Source: Clostridiales bacterium (GTDB taxonomy: Bacteria; Bacillota; Clostridia; Saccharofermentanales; Saccharofermentanaceae). Taken from it: a stretch of 64,000 bases of DNA. The notes below the pieces were generated by a model. The model saw only the letters and a program-made list of their open reading frames with translations, did not search any database and was not told the origin of the DNA. Made by a program: the position numbers and the translations under genes. Position 1 is the stretch's first letter, and every line of letters starts with the position of its first letter. The DNA lies in the NCBI GenBank assembly GCA_017550385.1, contig JAFZPJ010000053.1:32683-96682 (forward strand). The letters are read 5' to 3'. Positions 47,479 through 56,380 of this stretch are shown one piece after another.

Positions 47479-48894
47479 ATGGATATTTGTGCAGTAGTTA
47501 TGGCGGCAGGCAAGAGCACGCGCATGAAGTCAAAGCACTCAAAGGTAGTGCATCAGGTATCGGGAAAGCCGATCATCCAGTGGGTGGCAGATGCTCTTTT
47601 CGATGCGGGATGCGTTGAACAGGTTTATATAGTAGGCGAGCAGCAGGATCAGATAAGGACGGTATTGGGCGAGAACGTCGCTTACGTCCTTCAGGAGCAC
47701 CAGCGCGGAACCGGTGATGCGGTAGCGCAGGCAGCACCCTTCCTTGAAGGAAGAGACGGTCTGACGATAGTCCTTCCCGGAGACTGCCCGATGGTATCAG
47801 CAGAGACGATCGGCAAGGCGCTCAAGGCTTTCGAGGAAGCAGGAGACGACTGTGCCGCTATCATCATCACGGCAGAGGCTGACGATCCGACAGGCTACGG
47901 CAGGATCGTAAGAGGCGAAGACGGCAATGTAACGGGTATCGTCGAGCACCGTGACTGCACTGATGAGCAGCTCAAGATCAAAGAGATCAATTCCTCGATG
48001 TATGTCTTCAGGACACCGCTCCTTCTGTCGGCATTAGGCAGGATCGGCGCGAACAACGCTCAGGGCGAGTACTATCTCACGGACACCATCTCGATCCTCA
48101 TCGGCGACGGCTATAAGGTCGGCGCGGTGATCTGCGATTTTGACGATACCAGAGGAGTCAACGACTGCGTACAGCTGTCCGAGGTACAGGCCATCATGAA
48201 CAGACGCATCCTCGAGAAGCACATGAGGAACGGCGTTCAGATCGTAGACCCTGCAACAACGTGGATCCACTATGCGGTCGAGATCGGCAACGATACGATA
48301 ATCCTCCCGGGCACTACGCTCATGGGCAACACGGTAATCGGACACGACTGCATCATCGGTGAGAATACGCGTATCGACTGCTCGGAGGTCGACGACGAGA
48401 CGGTCATCGACTGCTCTATCGTTGCGCAGTCCACGATCGGCAAGGACTGCCGTATCGGACCTTTCTCACACATCAGGCCTAACTGCAAGATAGACGATCA
48501 CGTTACCATCGGCGCATACGTCGAGGTCAAGGGATCCGATATCGGTGAATACACCAGAGCCCGCCACCTTACATACATCGGTGACTCCAAGGTCGGCAAG
48601 AACGTTAACTTCGGTTGCGGCACCGTAACATGTAACTTCGACGGTCAGGACAAGGCAGGCTGTACGATCGAAGACAATGTCTTCATCGGAGGCAATTCGA
48701 ACATCGTATCCTCTGTCGTTCTCGGCAAGGATTCCTATATCGCCGCAGGCTCCACGATCACATCAGACGTTCCCGCGCTCTCGCTCGGTATCGGAAGATC
48801 CCAGCAGGTCAACAAGGACAACTGGGTATCGGAGAAGAGCCGCCTCAGAGGCGAGAATTACATCCGTCTGGATGACAGGCGTTCGGAGGTCTGA
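47479..48894 (+). CDS. glmU: Bifunctional UDP-GlcNAc pyrophosphorylase/acetyltransferase
   Basis: AAGKSTRMKS, GYGRIVR, QGEYYLTD, GVND, hexapeptide repeats, GPFSHIRP, HLTYIGD. Confidence 0.94.
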   Translation: MDICAVVMAAGKSTRMKSKHSKVVHQVSGKPIIQWVADALFDAGCVEQVYIVGEQQDQIRTVLGENVAYVLQEHQRGTGDAVAQAAPFLEGRDGLTIVLPGDCPMVSAETIGKALKAFEEAGDDCAAIIITAEADDPTGYGRIVRGEDGNVTGIVEHRDCTDEQLKIKEINSSMYVFRTPLLLSALGRIGANNAQGEYYLTDTISILIGDGYKVGAVICDFDDTRGVNDCVQLSEVQAIMNRRILEKHMRNGVQIVDPATTWIHYAVEIGNDTIILPGTTLMGNTVIGHDCIIGENTRIDCSEVDDETVIDCSIVAQSTIGKDCRIGPFSHIRPNCKIDDHVTIGAYVEVKGSDIGEYTRARHLTYIGDSKVGKNVNFGCGTVTCNFDGQDKAGCTIEDNVFIGGNSNIVSSVVLGKDSYIAAGSTITSDVPALSLGIGRSQQVNKDNWVSEKSRLRGENYIRLDDRRSEV

Positions 48895-48903
48895 TCAGGC
48901 TTT

Positions 48904-49443
48904 ATGTGGCTTATCGCAGGTCTCGGCAATCCCGGGAAGAAATACATGTACACCTGGCATAACATGGGTTATCTCGCGGTTGACCTGCTGGCCGAGCGTA
49001 ACGGCTTTTTCCTGGACAAAGACAAGTTCAACGGAATGTACGGGAAGGGCAAGATCAAAGGCGAAGACGCCATCATCATCAAGCCGACCACGTTCATGAA
49101 CAACTCGGGCGAGTGCATCGTGCCCGCCGCGAAATTCTTCAAGATCCCCACGGACCACATCATCGTAGTCTACGATGACATAGACATCGCCAAGGGTACG
49201 ATCCGCGTCAGGGAGAAGGGATCTGCCGGAACGCACAACGGAATGCGGTCCTGCATACAGCAGCTCGGTACGGAGCTGTTCCCCCGCGTCAGGATAGGCA
49301 CAGGCCCCGTGCCGGAGCATTATGAGCTCATCAATTACGTGCTGACTGATGTCCCCAAGGACGAGCGCGTCATGATGAACGACGCCTTTGTCCAAGCGTG
49401 TGAAGCTATAGAGAAACTGGTGGAAGATGGAAAGAAGAGTTGA
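48904..49443 (+). CDS. pth: Peptidyl-tRNA hydrolase
   Basis: GLGNPG, HNMG, KPTTFMNNSG, YDDID, GSAGTHNG. Confidence 0.95.
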   Translation: MWLIAGLGNPGKKYMYTWHNMGYLAVDLLAERNGFFLDKDKFNGMYGKGKIKGEDAIIIKPTTFMNNSGECIVPAAKFFKIPTDHIIVVYDDIDIAKGTIRVREKGSAGTHNGMRSCIQQLGTELFPRVRIGTGPVPEHYELINYVLTDVPKDERVMMNDAFVQACEAIEKLVEDGKKS

Positions 49444-52400
49444 AGAGATCCTTGACCTCATAACAAGGGACACAGGACTGACAGACAGCTTCACTCTCGC
49501 CGGTAAACAGGGAAAACACCTCAACATATCAGGATTCGCAAGAGAGCAGAAGGCTTATGTCATAGCCGCTCTGGCAAGGCTGTCCGGAAGGAAGCCCGTT
49601 GTCATTGTTCCGGATGCCGCGCGTGCCAGAGAGATCGCCAAGGGGCTCGATGCTTTCACCGAAGGCGGCGTGTCCGTACTCATGCCTTCCGAACTCTCAC
49701 TCGTTACTGCAGAAGCAGCATCAAGAGATCTCGAGCTGTCGAGATGCGTCGCACTGTCCAACATCATCACCGGAGAATACGGTGCTGCCGTAATAGCGTC
49801 AGGTGCTCTGCTCAACAAGCTCGAACCCGCGAAAAAGTTCAGGAAGAGGATACTTGAAGTAAAGGACGGCAAGCCCCTGGAGCAGGATGCTCTTCTCGAG
49901 TACCTCAGGACAAACGGATATGAGCGCGTACCGCAGGTATCGCAGCCGGGCGAGTATGCATGCAGAGGAGACATCGTGGACGTCTTCGTCCCGGGATGCA
50001 CAGACCCTTACAGGATCAGTCTCTTTGACGACGAGGTCGAGCAGATCAAGAGCTTCGACCGTGAGACGCAGAGGTCCATAGAGCAGCTTAAGCAGGTGAG
50101 GATAATCCCTTCCGGCATATTCTCTTTCGCTGACCGCGGTGCTTCCGAGAAAGCCGCAGACATGGTGATCGAACGCGCCGAGACAGATGTCTCCCGCATG
50201 AGCAACAAGACATCGGAAGCGCGCAAGGCGGCAGAGCTCCTCAAGAGGACTGCCGATGCCGACGCCATGAAGATCAGGGGCGGAATAGAGCCTTCGGGCA
50301 TCGCCAGATGGCTAGGGATCATCCTCAAGGATCCCGAGAGCATCCTTGATTATCTCGATGAAGAGAACACTCTTGTCTTTGCAGACGAGATGATAGACAT
50401 AGATGCGAGGATGAACGGCTACGCTGCCGAATACGCTCAGCGCTGCCAGGAGTCCTTCATGATAGGCATGGCGCCAACGTGTGCGCCTTCTGCAATGCAT
50501 AACCTGTCCAACGTGATGAAGCGTCTGGACGGAATAGAGAATGCCGTTACGACGAGCTGCCTCAAGGCGGCAGGCAACGGTCTTCCGGGAGGAATCGACT
50601 GCACGATATCCGGCCTTCCGTCAGACAGCTATGCGGGAAGAAATGACGAACTCGCAGCGCTCCTCACCAGGGAAGGCGGCAAGACCGTGTTCCCCATGGC
50701 AGCATACGGCAAGAGAACGGATTCGCTTAAGGCGAGACTTGCCGAGACAGGATGCTTTGCCGAGGTAACGGACTGCGCGCTTCCTGCAGGTTTCTCGTAT
50801 CCCGCGCTCGGCATAACGCTCCTTGGAGAGCAGGAACTGTTCGGTACCGACAGGATAGTAAAGCCGAAGAAGAAAGGCGGTAACCGCATCGCGTTCTTCT
50901 CGGACATCCACCCCGGCGATTACATCGTTCACGATACATACGGCATCGGCCGCTACGAAGGTCTGGTCAACAAGAAGGTCGGAGAGATCCGCAAGGATTA
51001 CCTCAAGATCGTATATGCGAGAGATCAGGTCTTATACATTCTTCCCGAGAACATCGACATGCTCCAGAAGTATGTCGGCCCGGGCGACCGCGAACCGAAG
51101 CTCACAAAGCTCGGAGGCGACGAGTGGAAGAGGTCGGTCTCACGCGCACGGGAGTCCATCAAGAAGGTTGCATACGACCTGCTCAAGCTCTATGCCGCAA
51201 GGTCTGTCAGCAAGGGCTTTGCATGCGATCCCGACGACGAGAACCAGAGGCTGTTCGAAGAGCGTTTCCCGTTCGTCGAGACCGAGGACCAGGCACGCGC
51301 GATAAGGGAGATCAAAGCGGACATGGAGTCCGAACTTCCGATGGACAGACTGCTCTGCGGTGACGTCGGATTCGGCAAGACCGAGGTCGCGTTCCGCGCT
51401 ATGTTCAAGGCCGTAATGAACGGCAGGCAGGTCATGCTGCTCGCGCCCACGACCCTTCTTGCACAGCAGCACTATGAGAATTTCTTGGAGCGCTGCAAGG
51501 ACCTTCCCATCAATGTAAATACCGTCCTGCTGTCGAGGTTCGTTCCGCAGGCGAAGATCAAGCAGAATCTGCAGGATATCGCGAAAGGCAAAGCCGACGT
51601 CATCATCGGCACGCACCGCGTTCTGTCGAACGATGTCCGTCCGCCGCACCTGGGACTTCTCGTAGTAGACGAGGAGCAGCGCTTCGGTGTTAACCACAAA
51701 GAGAAGATCAAGTCGATGAGAAACAACGTCGATGTCTTAACGCTCTCTGCGACTCCGATCCCGAGAACGCTCAACATGTCCCTTGCCGGCATCCGCGACA
51801 TGTCGATGCTGGTGGAAGCTCCTTTCAACAGGCGAGAGGTGCAGACATACGTAATGGGTTACGACGAGCAGATCATAGTCCAGGCGTGCATGCGCGAGAT
51901 CTCGAGGGGAGGACAGGTATTCTACCTCTACAACCGAACCGCGAACATCGATCTCGTCGCGAGGCGCCTTGCCGAGCTCATGCCTGATGCGCGTGTCATC
52001 TATGCACACGGACAGATGGGTGAGCGCGAGCTCGAGAACATAATCGCAGACTTCATCAAGGGCGAGTATGACATCCTCGTCTGCACGACGATAATCGAGA
52101 ATGGCGTGGACATGCCGAACGTCAACACCTTGATCGTTGAAGATGCCGACAGGTTCGGCCTGGCACAGCTCTACCAGCTCAAGGGACGTGTCGGGAGATC
52201 AGACAGACAGGCGTATGCATACATCACTTATGATGCCTCCGCTCCGCTCAAGGAAGAAGCATCCAAGAGGCTCGAAGCGATCCGCGAGTTCACCGAGCTC
52301 GGTTCCGGTGTTAAGGTCGCGATAAGAGACCTCGAAGTAAGAGGCGCGGGTTCTCTTCTCGGCGCCGAGCAGCACGGCCAGATGGATGTCATCGGTTACG

Positions 52401-52969
52401 AACTCTATTGCAGGATGCTGGATGAAGAGATCAAGCTCATGAAGGACAAGGGTCCCGATGCGAACTTCGAAGCACTGCCCGAACCCGAAGATAACGCCTT
52501 CATCGTTGAAGTCGATTACGACGCATACATACCTTCGTCTTATATCGAAGACGAGGCAGGCCGCATGACGGCATACAGAAGGATAGGTTCCATCAGGAGC
52601 TTCAAGGATTACGATGATTTCTTAGATGAGATCTGCGACAGATACGGCAAGCCGCCTGCGGAAGTATATATCCTCGCGGGAATATCCCTTACAAGGGCAG
52701 AGGGCAAGCGTCTCGGGTTTACCAAAGCGGTCATTGGCAATACGGGCGTCAGGTTCTATCTCGATCCGATGCTCCAGCTCGACATGCAGGCGATGGGAGC
52801 GCTCTTCGGTGATCAGTATTACGGTGCGAGATGCCAGATCAATGCGACAGGCGCATTCCCGTTCATGCTCTTCAAGCCGTCGTCCGTAAGCCAGTCCAAG
52901 ACGGTGACCGAGATAGTCGGCCTCCTTAAGGTCCTAAGCGACAACAAAACCGGTGAAACTGTGGCATAA
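49427..52969 (+). CDS. mfd: Transcription-repair coupling factor
   Basis: CarD-like RID (GDYIVHDTYGIGRY), MDRLLCGDVGFGKTEVA, DEEQRFG, SATPIPRTL, QLKGRVGRS, TRCF tail. Confidence 0.96.
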   Translation: MERRVEEILDLITRDTGLTDSFTLAGKQGKHLNISGFAREQKAYVIAALARLSGRKPVVIVPDAARAREIAKGLDAFTEGGVSVLMPSELSLVTAEAASRDLELSRCVALSNIITGEYGAAVIASGALLNKLEPAKKFRKRILEVKDGKPLEQDALLEYLRTNGYERVPQVSQPGEYACRGDIVDVFVPGCTDPYRISLFDDEVEQIKSFDRETQRSIEQLKQVRIIPSGIFSFADRGASEKAADMVIERAETDVSRMSNKTSEARKAAELLKRTADADAMKIRGGIEPSGIARWLGIILKDPESILDYLDEENTLVFADEMIDIDARMNGYAAEYAQRCQESFMIGMAPTCAPSAMHNLSNVMKRLDGIENAVTTSCLKAAGNGLPGGIDCTISGLPSDSYAGRNDELAALLTREGGKTVFPMAAYGKRTDSLKARLAETGCFAEVTDCALPAGFSYPALGITLLGEQELFGTDRIVKPKKKGGNRIAFFSDIHPGDYIVHDTYGIGRYEGLVNKKVGEIRKDYLKIVYARDQVLYILPENIDMLQKYVGPGDREPKLTKLGGDEWKRSVSRARESIKKVAYDLLKLYAARSVSKGFACDPDDENQRLFEERFPFVETEDQARAIREIKADMESELPMDRLLCGDVGFGKTEVAFRAMFKAVMNGRQVMLLAPTTLLAQQHYENFLERCKDLPINVNTVLLSRFVPQAKIKQNLQDIAKGKADVIIGTHRVLSNDVRPPHLGLLVVDEEQRFGVNHKEKIKSMRNNVDVLTLSATPIPRTLNMSLAGIRDMSMLVEAPFNRREVQTYVMGYDEQIIVQACMREISRGGQVFYLYNRTANIDLVARRLAELMPDARVIYAHGQMGERELENIIADFIKGEYDILVCTTIIENGVDMPNVNTLIVEDADRFGLAQLYQLKGRVGRSDRQAYAYITYDASAPLKEEASKRLEAIREFTELGSGVKVAIRDLEVRGAGSLLGAEQHGQMDVIGYELYCRMLDEEIKLMKDKGPDANFEALPEPEDNAFIVEVDYDAYIPSSYIEDEAGRMTAYRRIGSIRSFKDYDDFLDEICDRYGKPPAEVYILAGISLTRAEGKRLGFTKAVIGNTGVRFYLDPMLQLDMQAMGALFGDQYYGARCQINATGAFPFMLFKPSSVSQSKTVTEIVGLLKVLSDNKTGETVA

Positions 52970-52982
52970 TATTTGTCAGCAC

Positions 52983-53057
52983 GCTCCAATAGTCTAATGG
53001 ATAGAATAGCGGTTTCCGGTACCGTAGATGCGGGTTCGATTCCTGCTTGGAGCGCCA
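52983..53057 (+). tRNA. tRNA-Arg (anticodon CCG)
   Basis: Acceptor GCTCCAA/TTGGAGC+GCCA, D-arm, anticodon arm GCGGT-TTCCGGT-ACCGT, T-loop GGTTCGATTCC. Confidence 0.95.
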
Positions 53058-53064
53058 GACGTTC

Positions 53065-53138
53065 ACACCCCCTTGCTCTTGGCTGCGAACAGGTCCTCGG
53101 CACGTTGTGCCTGCGGAACTTGCAGAGCAAGGGGGTGT
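53065..53138. repeat. Long inverted repeat / rod-like hairpin directly after the tRNA
   Basis: Perfect 15-bp arms ACACCCCCTTGCTCT / AGAGCAAGGGGGTGT enclosing GGCAC-gtt-GTGCC. Confidence 0.8.
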
Positions 53139-53213
53139 TCTCTTTGCAGTAGTGATGCTTGTGGACAAGAGGTTTTTACGTGGCGGGAAGTAGTGATGAG
53201 TGAGGGAAATAAT

Positions 53214-53247
53214 AAGGCCGATCCGCATTGGACCGGCCTTCGTTTTT
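53214..53247. terminator. Probable bidirectional terminator
   Basis: aaggccgatcc-gcatt-ggaccggcctt followed by cgttttt. Confidence 0.65.
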
Positions 53248-53261
53248 AAGCTAACGCTCTA

Positions 53262-54038
53262 TCAATCTGCTTTTTCAAAAACGAGTACGAAATCTTCCCC
53301 GCCCATGATGTTATCTTCGTCAGGATAAGTGAAAGAGATCTTTCCGTCCTCGAACTCGGCCTCAAAACCATCACCGTAGTCGCTCTCGAACATAATGGCA
53401 GAACCGTCGATCTCATATGTGCCGCCGTCGGTGATATCGAAGTCTTCTTCAGCGACGCTTTCCAGCATGGTAGCGAGCAGGTCGTCTGCCATATCCTGAT
53501 AGCCGTCATAACCGAGTATTGCGGCATATTCGTCAAGCTCTGCCGGATCGCTCGTGCCAAGCGCTTCATACAACAGGGCATCAACATTGTTCTCTATGAA
53601 AGCGGTGAAGTCGGATGCGAATTGTTCTCCATCCATACCGAGCTCATATTCTCCGTCATCCATGATGAGAGTGATATGCATTATGACAGAACCGTCAAGA
53701 GCAAACCCTTCGCCGAAGCTTTCTCCCAAAACCTGAGTGAGATCATAATCGCATACCCATGTTCCGTCGATGAGAGACTTCTCTTCGAATTCGAGATCGT
53801 CCGGATCCTTCGCATTCCAGTTGACTGTTACCTGACGTGTGCCGTCATCGGAGATGAACACGTATTCCGCCTCAGACTTATCGTCGGCGATGTTGTCTTC
53901 CTCCAGTTCAAACTCGCCGTCGAATTTGTCTTCAAGCTTTTTCTGAAGATCTTTCTCCGAAGGCGGTTCGGGTTTCATGCATGCAGCGAGCCCGAGCACC
54001 ATTGAAGCCCCGAGCATGATTGCCAGTGCCTTTCTCAT
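53262..54038 (-). CDS. Acidic hypothetical lipoprotein
   Basis: Lipobox LAAC, GGAGG RBS; N-terminal domain shared with the upstream gene. Confidence 0.8.
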   Translation of the reverse strand: MRKALAIMLGASMVLGLAACMKPEPPSEKDLQKKLEDKFDGEFELEEDNIADDKSEAEYVFISDDGTRQVTVNWNAKDPDDLEFEEKSLIDGTWVCDYDLTQVLGESFGEGFALDGSVIMHITLIMDDGEYELGMDGEQFASDFTAFIENNVDALLYEALGTSDPAELDEYAAILGYDGYQDMADDLLATMLESVAEEDFDITDGGTYEIDGSAIMFESDYGDGFEAEFEDGKISFTYPDEDNIMGGEDFVLVFEKAD

Positions 54039-54065
54039 TTTCCTTTCCTCCCTTATCCGTGTATA

Positions 54066-55367
54066 TTAGCCCAGATCTGCTTCCGTGTAATATCCGGAAT
54101 CGATCAGGATCTCAATGTAATTGTTGACGTCGACCACACAAGGCTCACAGAGGAAAGCCGGAACGTTGATCGTGCCATTGTTATAGGTTGAGGTGTCATT
54201 AACATCCACAGTCTGACCTGAGCAGATCTGGTCGACCATAGTAACTGCCTGTGCCGCGAGAATGCGGGTATCCTTGAACACTGACATGTCCTGCTTGCCG
54301 ACCAGTATGTTCTTCATGTTTGCGATATCGCAGTCCTGTCCGGTAATGATCGGATATGATCCGAGATAATCCGCTGCAAGGGCATTCTCTACGCCGAGTG
54401 CCGTCGAGTCATTGGAACAGAGCCAGGCATCGATCTGCGTGCCGTCAGAATAGCAGAGCTCAATGATCTGTTCTGCTCTGATCTGGGAGTTTTCAGTGCT
54501 CCAGTTAGCCGTAGCCACTTCATCAAAATCCACCTGTCCGGAAACGACTACCAGCTGCCCGTTCTCAATGTAAGGATTCAGAACATCCATAGCTCCCTCA
54601 TAGTAGAACATTGCGTTATTGTCGCCGGGGTCTCCCGTTGTGATCTCGATGTTGAAGGGGCCTGCTCCGCTGCTGAGATCGAGAGCCTTCTCGATATATT
54701 GTGCCTGCAGCTGACCTGTCATATATTGGTCGAAAGTAACATAGTAGCTGACTGCATCGGTGTTCCAGAGAAGACGGTCATAAGCGATAACGGGAATGCC
54801 ATTGGCCTTCGCCATATCGAGAGCTTCACCGAGTGAAGAACCTTCGATGGCAGCGATAACGAGAACGTCGCATCCCGAGTCGATCATGGACTCTACCTGT
54901 TCGAGCTGGTTAACTACATCGTTAGCCGCATACTGCAGGTCAACTTCATAGCCGGCAGCCTCGAGAGCATTCTCAATGTAGTCGCCGTCCTGGTTCCATC
55001 TCTGCAGATCTTTGGTCGGCATGGATACTCCGATCACTATAGCGTCGCTGTCATATGAGACCGGAGGTGCTGCCGGGTTGTCTCCGGGCAATACGGCAAG
55101 TTCCTCTTCATCAAATTCGAACTCGTCCGGATCTTTTGCACTCCAGGAGACCGTTACCTGAAGGCTGCCGTCATCGGATATGAACACCCATTCGGCTTCG
55201 GATCCGTCATCGGCAATGTCTTTGGACTCCAGATCAAAATCCATGTCGTATTCTTTCTCGACTTCTTTTTGAACATCCCTTTTGGAAGGGACTTCAGCAC
55301 GCTTGGCGCACGCTGCGAGACCCATGATCATAGAGATGCTCAGGATGATTGCAAATACTTTTTTCAT
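54066..55367 (-). CDS. ChvE-like sugar-binding lipoprotein with extra N-terminal domain
   Basis: Lipobox LAAC, ~70-aa extra domain, then GVSMPTKDLQRWNQDG...VFKDTR closely similar to chvE at 17726. Confidence 0.88.
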   Translation of the reverse strand: MKKVFAIILSISMIMGLAACAKRAEVPSKRDVQKEVEKEYDMDFDLESKDIADDGSEAEWVFISDDGSLQVTVSWSAKDPDEFEFDEEELAVLPGDNPAAPPVSYDSDAIVIGVSMPTKDLQRWNQDGDYIENALEAAGYEVDLQYAANDVVNQLEQVESMIDSGCDVLVIAAIEGSSLGEALDMAKANGIPVIAYDRLLWNTDAVSYYVTFDQYMTGQLQAQYIEKALDLSSGAGPFNIEITTGDPGDNNAMFYYEGAMDVLNPYIENGQLVVVSGQVDFDEVATANWSTENSQIRAEQIIELCYSDGTQIDAWLCSNDSTALGVENALAADYLGSYPIITGQDCDIANMKNILVGKQDMSVFKDTRILAAQAVTMVDQICSGQTVDVNDTSTYNNGTINVPAFLCEPCVVDVNNYIEILIDSGYYTEADLG

Positions 55368-55446
55368 AGACAATATCTCCCTATTATTCCGTGTTGCTAC
55401 CCTAATGTATAATAACACCTTCGGCGCGAAAGTGGAAAGCATCGCG

Positions 55447-56184
55447 TCAGGACAGAGGTTTTCGGGCAGTAAGGCCATAGTACCTTCTGGTGAGACGGAT
55501 TCTTCCGCAGCAGCTGTTCCGCGAGATATAACCGTCCAGGACGGCATCGTCAGGCATGTGGTCCAGGATGGGGACAACGCGCAGAAAAGCCTTGAAGGTA
55601 TCGGCGTCCTTGTAGTATTCGCGGGTGTGTATCATGACCAGTTCCGCATCGGCAAAGCCCGCCTGCATAACACGCTCGTAGTCGCTGACGGAGACAGGCA
55701 CGGGATCGTCAAAGCCCTGGCCGTACCCTGCCGCCAGCTTCAGGTCCCAGCAGTCGTACTTGTCCACGCCCCGTATGAGCAGGTAACCTCCGGGCTTGAG
55801 ACAGCGGTAGATCTGCGCGGGATCCGTGCAGGTGTGACGCGCGACGACTATGTCGTAATGATCGTCTTCCACATCCATCTTCAGGTTGTCCATCACCTTG
55901 AATGAGACATCCGTCCTGCCGCTTGCGGCAAGGTTTGCCCGGGCAGTATTGATCATGTTAGGCGAGTAATCGGTGCCCAGGATCTCGGCGCAGCAGGGGA
56001 ACTCTGCAAAGATCTTCTCGCCGCCCGCCGTGCCCAGGTCGAGGATGTGCGAACCGGGCGTCGCGAGAGAGCGTAAGATCTTGTACAGATCCCAGTCGGT
56101 CAGACATTCCTCATGGCAGTCGTACTCATCAAACGTCCAATGAGCAAAGTTCTCGTAGTATTCAAAATAGTTGTCGTGAAGCAT
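55447..56184 (-). CDS. Class I SAM-dependent methyltransferase
   Basis: ILDLGTAGGE, GTDYSPNMI, CLKPGGYL; AAGGAGG RBS before ATG 56184. Confidence 0.88.
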   Translation of the reverse strand: MLHDNYFEYYENFAHWTFDEYDCHEECLTDWDLYKILRSLATPGSHILDLGTAGGEKIFAEFPCCAEILGTDYSPNMINTARANLAASGRTDVSFKVMDNLKMDVEDDHYDIVVARHTCTDPAQIYRCLKPGGYLLIRGVDKYDCWDLKLAAGYGQGFDDPVPVSVSDYERVMQAGFADAELVMIHTREYYKDADTFKAFLRVVPILDHMPDDAVLDGYISRNSCCGRIRLTRRYYGLTARKPLS

Positions 56185-56296
56185 AAATAAAGAACCTCCT
56201 TCCACGAACAGCAATACTTCTGTGCAGGGATGTCCCCGCACGGCTTCTTGTCATTCATGATGAGATTCTCAGGTTCTTATCATTATTGACCCCGCC

Positions 56297-56344
56297 TTAA
56301 CGGCGCACGGTGAGCAGAACGCGAATAACTAATTGATCTGCCAC
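56297..56344 (-). CDS. Candidate leaderless leader peptide MADQLVIRVLLTVRR
   Basis: GTG begins 7 nt after TGaTATTAT -10 (with GTGACA -35); 15 codons then TAA; structured leader follows. Confidence 0.4.
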   Translation of the reverse strand: MADQLVIRVLLTVRR

Positions 56345-56380
56345 GGGCTTATAATATCACATCCTGCAGGCGCTTGTCAC

